The position numbers were made by a program, and so were the translations under genes. Under the pieces are notes generated by a model that was not told the DNA's origin, did no database searches, and was given only the letters and a program-made list of their open reading frames with translations. From Candidatus Altiarchaeales archaeon ex4484_2 (GTDB lineage: Archaea; Altiarchaeota; Altiarchaeia; IMC4; QMZM01): DNA of 64,000 nt. The DNA is taken from the NCBI GenBank assembly GCA_002254565.1, contig NJEG01000015.1, positions 4,726 through 68,725 on the forward strand, read 5' to 3'. Shown here piece after piece: positions 1-10,275 of the stretch (positions within the stretch are counted from its first letter, which is position 1; each line of letters starts with the position of its first letter).

Positions 1-1
1 A

Positions 2-457
2 CTATTTAATGCTCTCTTATCTAACATACAAAACGAGAATTTGAACATAGACCGATTCCATTTCATAGATGGTATCACAAAAACAGTGCTGCCTGATGTT
101 AAAGACAGCGAGAAATGCACCTACGCACCATCAGCATCCGATCTTAAGGAGCTGGCAAAATCCATAGCCCAAGAGATGAACAAGAACAAATACGATGCCA
201 TGATATTCGATTCTCTTTCGACCCTGCAGATATACAATGAAGAAAAAACGGTTATAGAATTCGTCCACAGCTTCATAGGAAGGCTGAGGATTTCCGAGCT
301 AAGATCGGGTTTCACCTGCCTGGAAGGAGATACCAACACAACCCTTATCCGGAAGCTTGGTATGATAGTGGACAAGATAATAAGAATTGAGGCGCACATG
401 ATATGGGAGGGGGACAAGAAAACAATAACCTTCGAGACGAGGTCGCCTATTGTATAA
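2..457 (+). CDS. KaiC/RecA-superfamily ATPase-like protein, 5' partial
   Basis: Frame is open from the window edge. MIFDSLSTL is a Walker-B-like RecA-fold motif; C-terminal IVDKIIRI. Confidence 0.6.
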   Translation, partial: LFNALLSNIQNENLNIDRFHFIDGITKTVLPDVKDSEKCTYAPSASDLKELAKSIAQEMNKNKYDAMIFDSLSTLQIYNEEKTVIEFVHSFIGRLRISELRSGFTCLEGDTNTTLIRKLGMIVDKIIRIEAHMIWEGDKKTITFETRSPIV

Positions 458-465
458 AAAAAAAA

Positions 466-2231
466 CTATTTCCTGAAACCGACTATGTGCTCGAAGTGAA
501 CCCTCAGTAACTCAGCAATCGAACAGGAATAGGACAGATTCCCTCCAGGTCTGTGAGGCGGATCCCCCTGAAACAACTCCGAAACCGTTCCCAAGGCAGC
601 CTCCCGCATGTGCATTCTGAAGATCGGTTCGAGCAGTTTCTGGACCCTGGCTGGTTGACCCCCGTTTTTAAGGAAAGCATCGATATACGCCCCCATAAGC
701 CAGGTATAAACGTTTCCGTTGAACTTGTTTTTTGGATCATCGACCCAGTTACCAACATATCTCTCGTCTCCGGGAGAGAGGCTCCGCAATCCGAAGCTGG
801 TTAAAAGCTCCCCATCCACAGCATTCAGTATCTTCCTGGAGAGAGTCTTGTTCACAACATTAAACTCCAGCGATAGGGTAATCAGCTGGTTAGGCCTTAA
901 TGAGTCATCTACTGCAGAATCCGCCAGGAATCTACCCCTCCAATAGCGGTCAACAAAGTTTTCCTCAAACCGCTCTATTATTGCATCATACCCTATCTCA
1001 TCACTGTCATCCTCCATAAGCTTATGAAATCCGCTCATCACATTAAGGGCGTTATACCAGAGGCCCTGGACTTCAACAGCATCCACCCTCTTCCTTTTGA
1101 TGTGTTGAGAGTCCATCCAGGTGCCGCCTTTATGGTGCAGCAGGCCGTCACGTTCCCGTTCAGCGTATTTCTTCATTAAATTCTTAAGACCCCACCAGTA
1201 GGTGTGGAGCATCTTTTTCCCATCCTCCGGGCCAACACACTTCAGGTACCTGTGGAAGCGGTCTATAAGCCAAAGGGGGGTGTCCACGTCCCCGTATACT
1301 GGTTTACCGTTGATGAACTCGGAGGGAATACCCCTATAATCCATGCAATTCAGGTAATGCTCCATTATACTCTCAGCATCCTGGTATCTCCGATTTATCA
1401 GAGTAAACCCTGGAAGGGAAATCATAGCCTCCCGCCCCAGGTCCCTAGAGAATGGATAGGATGATGCTATTGTTTTCTTTGAACCAGAATCCATGATGAA
1501 ATACTCCACCGAATTAAGCAGTGACATGATGGATTCGCCCTTGCCCGAGGAAAAAATTCTGGAATCGCCCTCGGATAGAAAACAGCAGTATTCCACCGCT
1601 CATCCTCCGGCTTCTTGCTACATAAAGCAACATCAGAGCAGAGAGTCAGATAACCCCTGGAGGAGTCTATTCCAGCGATATGCTCAGAGAAAAGCCTCGG
1701 CCTCATCTCCTGAGGAGACCTAGTACCCAACCCCCTAAGATCTCTCATGTTCATATAGGGGGTTACCTTCAACCGTACCACATCATTTCTCTTATTGTAT
1801 ATCTCATAGGAAAAGATTACCGCGTTTCTGCCATGTATTGGTGTCAAACTCTTGGTTAGCTTAACACCCAACACTGAGTAGTCGAAGAATACCTTGGAAT
1901 AGTTGAAGTCGAAGTTCTGGAGAAACCTCCACCCATCAGATACATTACCACCCTCATACATATCCGATGCGAGAGAGATAGACTCATCCCCGATAATCAA
2001 CTCCTCATCAAGCTTCTGCAGGAGAACTCTCTTGTTCATAAACTCATCGGAGGAGACAAGTAGAGCATGATACTGGGAGGTGTTCATGTTTATTATAGTG
2101 GAGGAGGAGTACCCACCTAAGCCGTTAGGAATAATCCACTCCAAACCCCTGGATTCCTTCAGACCAAGGACGTTGGGTTTAAAACCAACAAAAGAGCCAC
2201 TCCTATCCGCTTTCTTTTTGAAATGCATCAA
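466..2231 (-). CDS. Amylo-alpha-1,6-glucosidase / glycogen debranching enzyme family, split into two ORFs (1467-2231 and 466-1596) at a junction near 1570
   Basis: N-terminal EWIIPNGLGGYSSST and YHALL; C-terminal ISLPG, TWMD, VEVQGLWYNAL, RPNQL, GLRSL, GTVSELF. Confidence 0.85.
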
Positions 2232-2275
2232 TCAATTAATGGAGAAATTAGAATATAAACTAAAGAAAAAAAAAG

Positions 2276-2350
2276 GGCCGGGACCGAGATTTGAACCCGG
2301 GTCACGGGCTCCACAGGCCCACAGGATAACCAAGCTACCCCACCCCGGCC
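2276..2350 (-). tRNA. tRNA-His(GUG), with genome-encoded G-1 and C73; CCA not encoded
   Basis: Reverse complement folds as a cloverleaf: GCCGGGG/TCCCGGC acceptor stem, CTGTGGA anticodon loop, GGTTCAAATC T-arm. Confidence 0.95.
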
Positions 2351-2432
2351 ATGAAGAAAAAGCCATAAAATAATATCTACGATCAGAATGTTAAAAATAA
2401 CCTATATATATCCATTTACCGAATAATCAAAC

Positions 2433-3377
2433 ATGAACCAACTCAGGAAAGACTACCTTACGAACAAGTGGGTTATAATAGCCAAAGAAAGAGGTAAGAG
2501 ACCAAGCGACTTCAGGCATGAAGAAAAAAAAGAGGAGAGTAAACCTTGTTTCTTCTGCCCTGGAAAAGAGCACAGAACACCCCCTGAGATTGACAGGATA
2601 GAAAGAAATGGTAAATGGATTATTAGATGCTTTCCTAACAAGTTCCCAGCCACAACAGAAAAAAAAGAGATAACGGATAAGGGATTACTTAAGGGCATGG
2701 CCGCCTACGGCAGACATGAGGTAGTCGTTGAAACACCAATACACGGGGAAGAGCTCGGCAACCTTGCAGTGGAGCACATAGCCAAGGTTCTAAAGATGTA
2801 CACGAAAAGATTGGTTGAGTTAAAAAAAGACCCTGGCATAGAATACGTGTCCATATTCAAGAACAGAGGTAAGACAGCAGGTGCCTCACTTGCGCACTCC
2901 CACACCCAGATTGTTGCCCTCCCAATGGTTCCTGGGATAATACGGGAAGAAATGAAGATCTTACAGAAGCAGGGAGACTGTCCGCTGTGCAGGATAGGGG
3001 ATATTGAGGAGGGAAGAACTATTAGGGAAGATGATCATACCGTAGTAGTTGCCCCCTACGCCTCGCGTTTCCCCTTCGAGGCAAGGATTACGCCCAAAAG
3101 GCATGTGCCATCACTGGAGAAATTAAACAATAAAGAGATGGAATCTTTTGCCCTAGCACTTAAGGAGGTGCTTACAGCCCTCAACAAGAGCATCAACTAC
3201 CCCCCATACAACTACCACCTCCACCTGGGACCGGGGAGGGGGGACTTCCACATGTATCTGGAGCTGCTCCCCAGACTCTCAACTTGGGCGGGCTTTGAGT
3301 TAGGTAATGATATAATAATAAATACCATGCCTCCTGAGATGGCAGCAAAACACTACAGGGAAATTATTAAACAATAA
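2433..3377 (+). CDS. galT: Galactose-1-phosphate uridylyltransferase
   Basis: RGKRP, CFFCPG, PNKFPA, GRHEVVVE, GASLAHSHTQ (HxHxQ), AGFELG. Confidence 0.93.
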   Translation: MNQLRKDYLTNKWVIIAKERGKRPSDFRHEEKKEESKPCFFCPGKEHRTPPEIDRIERNGKWIIRCFPNKFPATTEKKEITDKGLLKGMAAYGRHEVVVETPIHGEELGNLAVEHIAKVLKMYTKRLVELKKDPGIEYVSIFKNRGKTAGASLAHSHTQIVALPMVPGIIREEMKILQKQGDCPLCRIGDIEEGRTIREDDHTVVVAPYASRFPFEARITPKRHVPSLEKLNNKEMESFALALKEVLTALNKSINYPPYNYHLHLGPGRGDFHMYLELLPRLSTWAGFELGNDIIINTMPPEMAAKHYREIIKQ

Positions 3378-3411
3378 ATATTTAATCTACAAATTCAAAT
3401 GATTCAATAAG

Positions 3412-5142
3412 ATGGATTCAAACAAAATGATATTACCTGTCTTCATTGTTCTTGTTTTTTCAGCGACAGCATACTCAACAAGCCTTGAAAAAGAATGGTC
3501 TATAAACGTTAAAGGCAGTATACAGGACCTAATTGTTGCGGATGTTGATGGAGATAACATCCCAGAGATTGTTTTTTTCTTTAAGAACAACAACATCCAT
3601 AGAGATGACATCCTCTACGCACTGGATAATAAAGGAGGAGAGAGATGGCACCTGAATCTTGGTGATATAGAATCGGTTTATGTATCTGATTCGATGATTG
3701 AAGACCCCAGCACCCGAATCTTGGTAAGCTATGGGAAAACCAGCGAGGGGATAGAACAAGGCCATCTACTGATTCTGGATGGCGGAGGAAGGGAGGTATT
3801 GAGGTACCCCACCCCCGCGTTAGGTTCCACGCCCGTGATGTACAAGATGGAATCCGTTGACATAAACGGGAACGGATATAATGAGTTGATTGGAGGAACA
3901 AGGAAGGGTGTTTACGCCATAAACGACAGATTTACAGGGGAATTATGGACTTCAATGATCGGCCAACCTATAAGAGACTTCATACTCGAGGATATAGACT
4001 GCGACGGAATAACAGACATCATCTCTGAATCGCTTGGCGTAATCTATAATACAAACATCAAAAACGGCAGCCTTAGCTGGAAGATATCGACGGGAGATTA
4101 TATCAGCTCAGGGGATAATCAAACGACGGTAGAGAAAGATAAGGTTGTTGAAATACTTAAGGTGGGTGATGTCAGCCCACACCCTCACAAGGAGATAATC
4201 GCGGTCACATCCATGAATATATTCTTCATATACAACAGCAAGGGCAGTCTTATAAGTATTGGAGGAGACAGCAACGCAATACGGAGATATGTCAAAAACT
4301 ACAGCAATTACACCATCCATGAAGCAATAAGCGGCTACGGGAAAATAACAGCTTTAAGCCTCTATGACTTCAATGAAAACAGCCTCCAGGAATTTATTCT
4401 GGGAACAACCTCAGGGGTATATATCTGGGATATCCTCTCAGGTGAACACCAATTCAAAAACATTGGAGAAGTAAAGGCCATACAGAAAAGCCCTGATGGA
4501 CGGATATTTATATTAACAGAAAATGCAATCCATGAATTAGGCATAAACCAGGAGATAATAGAAACATATAGTTTAGGTGACAGCTATCAAAGAATCCATA
4601 TAGCTGACATTGATGGAATAGGTGGCCCAGAATTCATTTTGATAAAAGACAGGGATATATCAGTCTACTCAAAAAAAGAAACCCCAACAACAACCCTGGC
4701 TACGACAACCACAACGACCCGGGAAACCCCAACAACAACCCTGGCTACGACAACCACAACGACCCGGGAAACCCCAACAACAACCCTGGCTACGACAACC
4801 ACAACAGAACCGGAACACAAAAAGGAGGGAATAGACGCCTCAGATGTGCTGCTTGCGCTGATATCTATTGCATTGATTCTGGTGATTGCCAGACACAGTG
4901 TGGAAATCCTGAAAAAAAGAAGGAAGGTAAAGAAACCTGAGAAAGAGGAGGGTAAAAAAGAAATCGATATGCCAACGGAGGATGAGCTGAAGGCCTTGGA
5001 AAAGGAGATAGAAAAAAGAAAAAGAGAATACACAATTAAGAAATGGAAAGAGAAGGAATTAAGTGATAAAGAAAGAGAGCTAAGAGAGGAATGGGAGAAG
5101 AACGTAGATATAGTTGAAGAAGAAAAGAGAAAAAAGAGGTAA
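3412..5142 (+). CDS. Secreted beta-propeller (FG-GAP-like) surface protein with Thr-rich stalk, TM anchor and charged cytoplasmic tail
   Basis: Signal peptide; repeated D-x-D/N-G-D/N-x-x-x-E/D-I/L motifs; Thr repeats; hydrophobic VLLALISIALILVIA; K/E-rich tail. Confidence 0.75.
   Translation: MDSNKMILPVFIVLVFSATAYSTSLEKEWSINVKGSIQDLIVADVDGDNIPEIVFFFKNNNIHRDDILYALDNKGGERWHLNLGDIESVYVSDSMIEDPSTRILVSYGKTSEGIEQGHLLILDGGGREVLRYPTPALGSTPVMYKMESVDINGNGYNELIGGTRKGVYAINDRFTGELWTSMIGQPIRDFILEDIDCDGITDIISESLGVIYNTNIKNGSLSWKISTGDYISSGDNQTTVEKDKVVEILKVGDVSPHPHKEIIAVTSMNIFFIYNSKGSLISIGGDSNAIRRYVKNYSNYTIHEAISGYGKITALSLYDFNENSLQEFILGTTSGVYIWDILSGEHQFKNIGEVKAIQKSPDGRIFILTENAIHELGINQEIIETYSLGDSYQRIHIADIDGIGGPEFILIKDRDISVYSKKETPTTTLATTTTTTRETPTTTLATTTTTTRETPTTTLATTTTTEPEHKKEGIDASDVLLALISIALILVIARHSVEILKKRRKVKKPEKEEGKKEIDMPTEDELKALEKEIEKRKREYTIKKWKEKELSDKERELREEWEKNVDIVEEEKRKKR
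4678..4805 (+). repeat. 45-bp exact tandem repeat (~2.8 copies) encoding ETPTTTLATTTTTTR
   Basis: Units start at 4678, 4723 and 4768. Confidence 0.95.
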
Positions 5143-5180
5143 TTTTGTGGGAACGCAGTGGGTTTATCCTTCCCATAAAA
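5143..5180 (+). terminator. Hairpin directly after the stop codon, possible terminator or RNA stability element
   Basis: TTTTGTGGGAA ... TTCCCATAAAA forms an 11-bp stem with one G-U pair. Confidence 0.4.
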
Positions 5181-5211
5181 CGGTTACCCCCAATATCTAA
5201 TGAATTTCTGA

Positions 5212-5736
5212 ATGGAACACAATAACTCAATAAATCCTGCTCTGGACACCGGTCTGGTGTTTAAAAAAAGCAGGAGGGGGAATCCACTTGCTGTAGCGGA
5301 GATGGGTGGAGTGTTCTTCATACCAGCATTAAGTCTACTTGTGCTCCTATGGGATACAACAGTTTACTCAATCCTTTTGTTCATTTTATCTGTTCTGATC
5401 TCATACGAGATAGTAAAAATCATAAACAAACATGAGAGGGGAGTAGCCGTCGATGATGAGATTAAAATGCTTGCTGGGGGGGTGGTTTACCTGGACACAA
5501 AACCCCCAGCGACAATAAACTGGGATGAGATAGATAGGATAAAGATATACCAGCCAGAGATGGATAAAAGAATACCCGGCAAGGGAGATACGACAACCTC
5601 CATGAGCATCCTGTCATATATAGCAGATAAAAAAAATCAGGCATTCTTCCACCTTATAACCATGGAGGGGAGAGTATATCGGGGAGGGTTGGAGGATGAT
5701 GAAACCTTAAAGGGAACTGGAGGAGAAATGATTTAG
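5212..5736 (+). CDS. Hypothetical membrane protein (2 TM plus PH-like C-terminal domain)
   Basis: Two hydrophobic segments; INWDEIDRI motif. Confidence 0.6.
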   Translation: MEHNNSINPALDTGLVFKKSRRGNPLAVAEMGGVFFIPALSLLVLLWDTTVYSILLFILSVLISYEIVKIINKHERGVAVDDEIKMLAGGVVYLDTKPPATINWDEIDRIKIYQPEMDKRIPGKGDTTTSMSILSYIADKKNQAFFHLITMEGRVYRGGLEDDETLKGTGGEMI

Positions 5737-5740
5737 GGAA

Positions 5741-6187
5741 TTAATCATCAACCAGTGACTTCTCCACCAGATCCAGGACCCCCCGAAAAGACAATCCATG
5801 CTTCAAGGCCAGTCTCCTCACGTCATCGTACTCTGGTTTGAGTTTATACCCTGAATTCTTAACTCTCACACTCTCTTTTTCCCCGGAGACAATCACCTCC
5901 AGCTCCACTAGCTCCCTCTTGGCCTCGTATCGTTTTAGGACAGGTATAACCCTGACACCTAAGGTACCGGTCTCCTGCATGAGAATATTTGATATCCTTT
6001 CCGCGTCTTCTTCCCTGACCAAAACCCTGACCAGGAAACCCAGCCTCCCCTTTTTCATAACAGCAGAAATGACCTGTATGTCTAAGGCGTTTTCTCGCAT
6101 AACCCTCTCCATCAGGTAAGATAAAACCTCAGGTGTGCAGTCATCTAAATCAGTCTCCAGCATAATTATCTTCTCTTTCTCACTCAT
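5741..6187 (-). CDS. larC: Nickel-pincer cofactor Ni-insertion protein LarC, C-terminal (LarC2) part
   Basis: LETDLDDCTPE, MKKGR, ETGTLGVR, KPEYDD; adjacent to larB. Confidence 0.88.
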   Translation of the reverse strand: MSEKEKIIMLETDLDDCTPEVLSYLMERVMRENALDIQVISAVMKKGRLGFLVRVLVREEDAERISNILMQETGTLGVRVIPVLKRYEAKRELVELEVIVSGEKESVRVKNSGYKLKPEYDDVRRLALKHGLSFRGVLDLVEKSLVDD

Positions 6188-6863
6188 TTTTAATGGAATC
6201 GCATAAACGCAGAATCCTTAACGCAATAGATGCTGCACCAAACCCGTTGTCTACGTTCACAACAGCAAGGGGAGTGCATGAATTGAGCATAGTATTCAAT
6301 GCCGCAAAACCCTTCTCACCTGTCCCGTATCCCACGGAGGAGGGTACGGCAATAACCGGCTTATCCACCAGACCAGCTACAACAGACGGTAGAGCCCCCT
6401 CCATACCCGCTACAACAATAAACAGATCCACACCCGAAAGAGACTTTAGCGCATCGAAGACCCTGTGAATTCCAGCAATGCCCACGTCATAGCTTACCCG
6501 GGTCTCACAGCCCAGCTCCTTAAGGATTACCCTGGCCTCCTCAGCTACAGGAATATCAGAGGTGCCTGCAGTAATTAAACCCACTGTTCCGTAACCCATG
6601 GATTCGAGATCCTTATTCCTCAAAACCAAAGTTCCAGCCCTCTCGTTGTGTTCCAATACCACATTATCCACAGACTCGAAAGAAGCCCTGAGCTCCTCAA
6701 CCCTGGATTCATCCAGCCTGGTTATTATAACCCTCCCCTGATCCTCCAGAAAAGCTCGTGAGATATCGATTAATTCCCCAGGGCTCTTGCCTGCACCATA
6801 TACTATCTCAGGGATACCGCACCTCCCAACCCTGGCCAAATCAGGCTTTATAAAATCTTTCAT
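6180..6863 (-). CDS. larB: Nickel-pincer cofactor biosynthesis carboxylase/hydrolase LarB (PurE-like)
   Basis: AGTSDIPVAEEA, DVGIAGIHR, AGMEGALPSVVAGL, VVNVDNGFGAA. Confidence 0.93.
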   Translation of the reverse strand: MKDFIKPDLARVGRCGIPEIVYGAGKSPGELIDISRAFLEDQGRVIITRLDESRVEELRASFESVDNVVLEHNERAGTLVLRNKDLESMGYGTVGLITAGTSDIPVAEEARVILKELGCETRVSYDVGIAGIHRVFDALKSLSGVDLFIVVAGMEGALPSVVAGLVDKPVIAVPSSVGYGTGEKGFAALNTMLNSCTPLAVVNVDNGFGAASIALRILRLCDSIKNE

Positions 6864-6917
6864 TTCAATTACAGGAATAGATAAATATTTATAAGCAAAT
6901 GATAATATATTATTACT

Positions 6918-7673
6918 ATGGCTCGAATAATAGGTGTTGTTTCAGGGAAAGGCGGGGTCGGAAAGACTACACTAGTTTCTAATCTAGGTGTTGCTCTAGC
7001 TCAGGAGGGTGCAGATGTAGCAATCGTTGACGCAAATCTTACTGGCGCAAATCTGGGTTTACATTTTGGGTTGATTTCCTACCCTGCATCAATACACGAT
7101 GTGATGAAAGAAAACGCTGCTCTGCCGGATGTTATGTACAAGCACCCAAGCGGGGTGGATATTATACCTTCCTCGCTCTCCATGGAGGATGTAACCACCG
7201 AACCAAAGAACATAAGAGCAGCATTCGATGAACACCTAAGTGACAAAGACTTTGTTCTCGTAGACTGCGCTACAGGACTGGACAGGGAGACACTAACGGC
7301 ACTGGAAATGTGCGATGAAGTTTTGCTGGTAACACATCCCGAGCTTCCTACCATCTCCGATGCCCTGAGAACCAAAACCCTGGCTAAAGAATACAATAAA
7401 AAGCTTTTGGGTGTGGTATTGAACAGAGTAAATAGGAGGGATGAGATGAAGATTGAAAACGTGGCATCGTTTTTCGATTTACCTGTAATAGCAGCTATAC
7501 CAGAAGACAGCTCCATAAGAAAGTCTATTGAGGCGAAGAACCCCGTAATCCTGAATAACCCAAACCACAAGGTGAGCAGGGAAATCAGGAAAGTATCTGA
7601 TTACCTCTCAGGCAAGGCAAGAAGACGGGAGAAAACCCTTACGGACAAGATAATTGACCTGTTTCGGTGGTAA
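6918..7673 (+). CDS. minD: Archaeal MinD-family ATPase
   Basis: SGKGGVGKTT deviant Walker A; GVVLNR; amphipathic C-terminus KIIDLFRW. Confidence 0.9.
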   Translation: MARIIGVVSGKGGVGKTTLVSNLGVALAQEGADVAIVDANLTGANLGLHFGLISYPASIHDVMKENAALPDVMYKHPSGVDIIPSSLSMEDVTTEPKNIRAAFDEHLSDKDFVLVDCATGLDRETLTALEMCDEVLLVTHPELPTISDALRTKTLAKEYNKKLLGVVLNRVNRRDEMKIENVASFFDLPVIAAIPEDSSIRKSIEAKNPVILNNPNHKVSREIRKVSDYLSGKARRREKTLTDKIIDLFRW

Positions 7674-7720
7674 ATTATTGTTCTCCAGCCGTATATGAAC
7701 CATACTAAATAAGAGGGACA

Positions 7721-8341
7721 ATGGCTAAATTAATGGTTGAACTAGACGATATGCAGAAAGACATTCTCAAGGAAGTCAGCAACATAAGCTCTGGTAAAGC
7801 GCTCACCAGCCTAGAGAAATATGTCAAATCCCAGATAGTAGAGGGGCTACCCTTCATGGATATTATGATGGTTGGTAGCATACCCAACTTCCTAGGAAAC
7901 GGTAAAAAAGAGATTATTGGTATATGCTCTACCGTGGAAGGAGACCTCAACGGTAAGGTCATGACAATCTTTCCCCTTAAAAGCGCTCTGGTTCTCGTTG
8001 ACCTGGCATATGAAAAAGATATCTACTCCACGAAAGAGCTGACGGAAAAAGAAAATAACCTCATAAAGATGATGGGTGAGTCACTGTTTAGCTCCTACAT
8101 AGATGCTCTTACAGAGCTCTTGGAGATAAATGTATCACACGGGGAATCGAAGGTGCTGAAGAGTACTGGCGATAAGATAATAAAAAAGTCAGAGATGGGA
8201 AACGGTGATGAATTCGCCCTCGTACTCGAAACAGATTTCTCGGTTCCCGACTATAACTTTGAGGGGGACTTTCTTTTAATAATAAGCACCACATCAATGG
8301 ATATGCTCCTAACGTCCGTGCAAAAGAAATTCGGTTTCTAG
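7721..8341 (+). CDS. cheC: CheC-family CheY-P phosphatase
   Basis: DILKEVSNI (ExxN site); the second site is degenerate; lies in the che cluster. Confidence 0.85.
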   Translation: MAKLMVELDDMQKDILKEVSNISSGKALTSLEKYVKSQIVEGLPFMDIMMVGSIPNFLGNGKKEIIGICSTVEGDLNGKVMTIFPLKSALVLVDLAYEKDIYSTKELTEKENNLIKMMGESLFSSYIDALTELLEINVSHGESKVLKSTGDKIIKKSEMGNGDEFALVLETDFSVPDYNFEGDFLLIISTTSMDMLLTSVQKKFGF

Positions 8342-9405
8342 GAGCTGATAAGCTCTAAAATTTTTTTGGATATTTCAGGTAAAGACACGACTTCATCAAC
8401 TGCACCCGATTCAAAGGCTGACTTAGGCATGCTTGATATTATCGAGGTGTCCTCGTCCTGTGATATAGTCCGCCCCCCCATCCTCTTAATCTGTTTCATG
8501 CCTTCTGTGCCATCATGTCCCATCCCCGTTAAAATCACGCCAACAACCTTCCCAGTGTATGCCTGCGCAACAGAAGACATGGTTACATCAATAGAGGGTC
8601 TCATTCCATTAACCATGGGACCCTTATCCAGCCTCATAATCCTGTGAATTCCATCATTTACCTTCTCCTTTTTTACCTTGAGATGGAAGCCTCCCGGAGC
8701 GATAAAAACCTTTCCCTTAGTCACCATTTCACCATCTCTGGCTTCCACCACGGGCAGAGAAGTCAGGGAATCAAGCCACGACGCGAGAGTCAGGGTAAAT
8801 TTGGGGGGCATGTGCTGCACAACAATCACTGCGGCATCTATTTTTGTTGGTAGTTTGGACATAATCTTGCAAAGTGTTTTCGGGCCACCAGTAGAGGCAC
8901 CTATCACCACAACATTCTCCGCCTCCACAGCCAACGGCTTCTTTTTCTTTTTCTTGGAAGACTGCTTGCACTTGGATAGTTCCGTAGACGAAAACATATT
9001 CGCTTTAGCAGACGACTTGATCTTTTTAATCAACTCCTCCTGAGCGTCCTTCATCCGGAAAGAAACCCGCCTCCTATCAGGTTTAGTCACGAAATCAACC
9101 GCCCCAGAGTTCAGGCTCTTGATCGTTTCCTCCGCCCCATCATAGGTGAATGCGCTTACCATTATCACCGGCTTAGGGTCTACCTTCATTATATGTTTTA
9201 ATGCGGTTATGCCATCCATCAAAGGCATATCGAGGTCCATGGTAACAACATCAGGGTCTAGAGAAGAAACCTTGGCTAAGGCTTCCCTGCCATCAGCTGC
9301 TGTACCTACAACCTCTATCTCAGGGTTAGAGGATAACATATCAGAAATAATCTTCCGCATAAAAGCTGAGTCATCAACAACCAAAACCCTGATCTTTTTC
9401 ATCAT
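8338..9405 (-). CDS. cheB: Chemotaxis methylesterase (receiver plus esterase domain)
   Basis: VVDDSAFMR, IGASTGGP, QHMPPKFT, RPSID, LTGMGHDG. Confidence 0.97.
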   Translation of the reverse strand: MMKKIRVLVVDDSAFMRKIISDMLSSNPEIEVVGTAADGREALAKVSSLDPDVVTMDLDMPLMDGITALKHIMKVDPKPVIMVSAFTYDGAEETIKSLNSGAVDFVTKPDRRRVSFRMKDAQEELIKKIKSSAKANMFSSTELSKCKQSSKKKKKKPLAVEAENVVVIGASTGGPKTLCKIMSKLPTKIDAAVIVVQHMPPKFTLTLASWLDSLTSLPVVEARDGEMVTKGKVFIAPGGFHLKVKKEKVNDGIHRIMRLDKGPMVNGMRPSIDVTMSSVAQAYTGKVVGVILTGMGHDGTEGMKQIKRMGGRTISQDEDTSIISSMPKSAFESGAVDEVVSLPEISKKILELISS

Positions 9406-9603
9406 AATAATATCTCAAATATTCTGAGTAATAAATAAACGACATATACCTATAAACCAGATAACGAAGCCTGAAACCTTAAGAAACCACTTAAGAGCAC
9501 CAACAACAGGATTAACTACTACGATTTAGTGTGATAGTATAACCTGCATAATACATAGAAAAAGAGATATGATTCACTGAATATACTCTTTTTTCTGTTG
9601 CAT

Positions 9604-10263
9604 TTATTTTTTTGGGGTAGACTTCTTGCTCTTCCCGCCAGATCTCTTTTTCTTCACAGCCTTCTTCACAGCCTCAGGCTTCACAGCCTTCTTCACAGCC
9701 TCAGGCTTCACAGCCTTCTTCACAGCCTCAGACTCCGTGAGATCTTTGACCCCTGCCGTCTTACCATGGTCTTCGGCTACAATCAAACCCCCCCACTCCT
9801 CCTCAGAGAATAATTCATCAACATCCAGGAGGATGATAAACCTCTCCTGATCTTCCAGTATCACAATCCCATGGATGTAATCAGCATGTATATTCTTTGT
9901 TATTATATCCGGCGGCTCCTTAATGTGGTCGCTATCCACCCTCAGGACATGGGATATGTCATCCACTATAACCCCAAGCATCCGACCCCCAGTCTCCACC
10001 AGAATTATGTGGGTGCCATCTTCATCCCTGCCCAGATTAAACCTCTCCTTGAGGTCAACGACAACAACAATCTTACCCCTGACGTTGATGATGCCCTTAA
10101 TAACAGCAGGCGTTCTAGGCACAGGAGTGATGCTGGACATCCTAATTATTTCCCGTACCTTATGTATCTCGAATGCGTGTTCCTCATCACCCAACTTGAA
10201 CACCACAATCTGAACTTCCTCGCCTGACTTCTTCTCATCCGTCTCATAATTTGCTAGAGCCAT
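9604..10263 (-). CDS. cheW: CheW coupling protein with Lys/Ala-rich C-terminal tail
   Basis: VREII, GIINVRG, GVIVD; tail contains EAVKKAVKP repeats. Confidence 0.93.
   Translation of the reverse strand: MALANYETDEKKSGEEVQIVVFKLGDEEHAFEIHKVREIIRMSSITPVPRTPAVIKGIINVRGKIVVVVDLKERFNLGRDEDGTHIILVETGGRMLGVIVDDISHVLRVDSDHIKEPPDIITKNIHADYIHGIVILEDQERFIILLDVDELFSEEEWGGLIVAEDHGKTAGVKDLTESEAVKKAVKPEAVKKAVKPEAVKKAVKKKRSGGKSKKSTPKK
9652..9731 (-). repeat. 27-bp tandem repeat (3 copies) encoding EAVKKAVKP
   Basis: CTTCACAGCCTTCTTCACAGCCTCAGG units at 9652, 9679 and 9706 (+ strand). Confidence 0.95.
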
Positions 10264-10275
10264 CTTTAAGTTAAA

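Noticed and set aside
4678..4805. Thr-rich tandem repeats (also 17142-17241) as regulatory DNA or an array
   Set aside because: They are in-frame linker repeats of surface proteins, a common feature.
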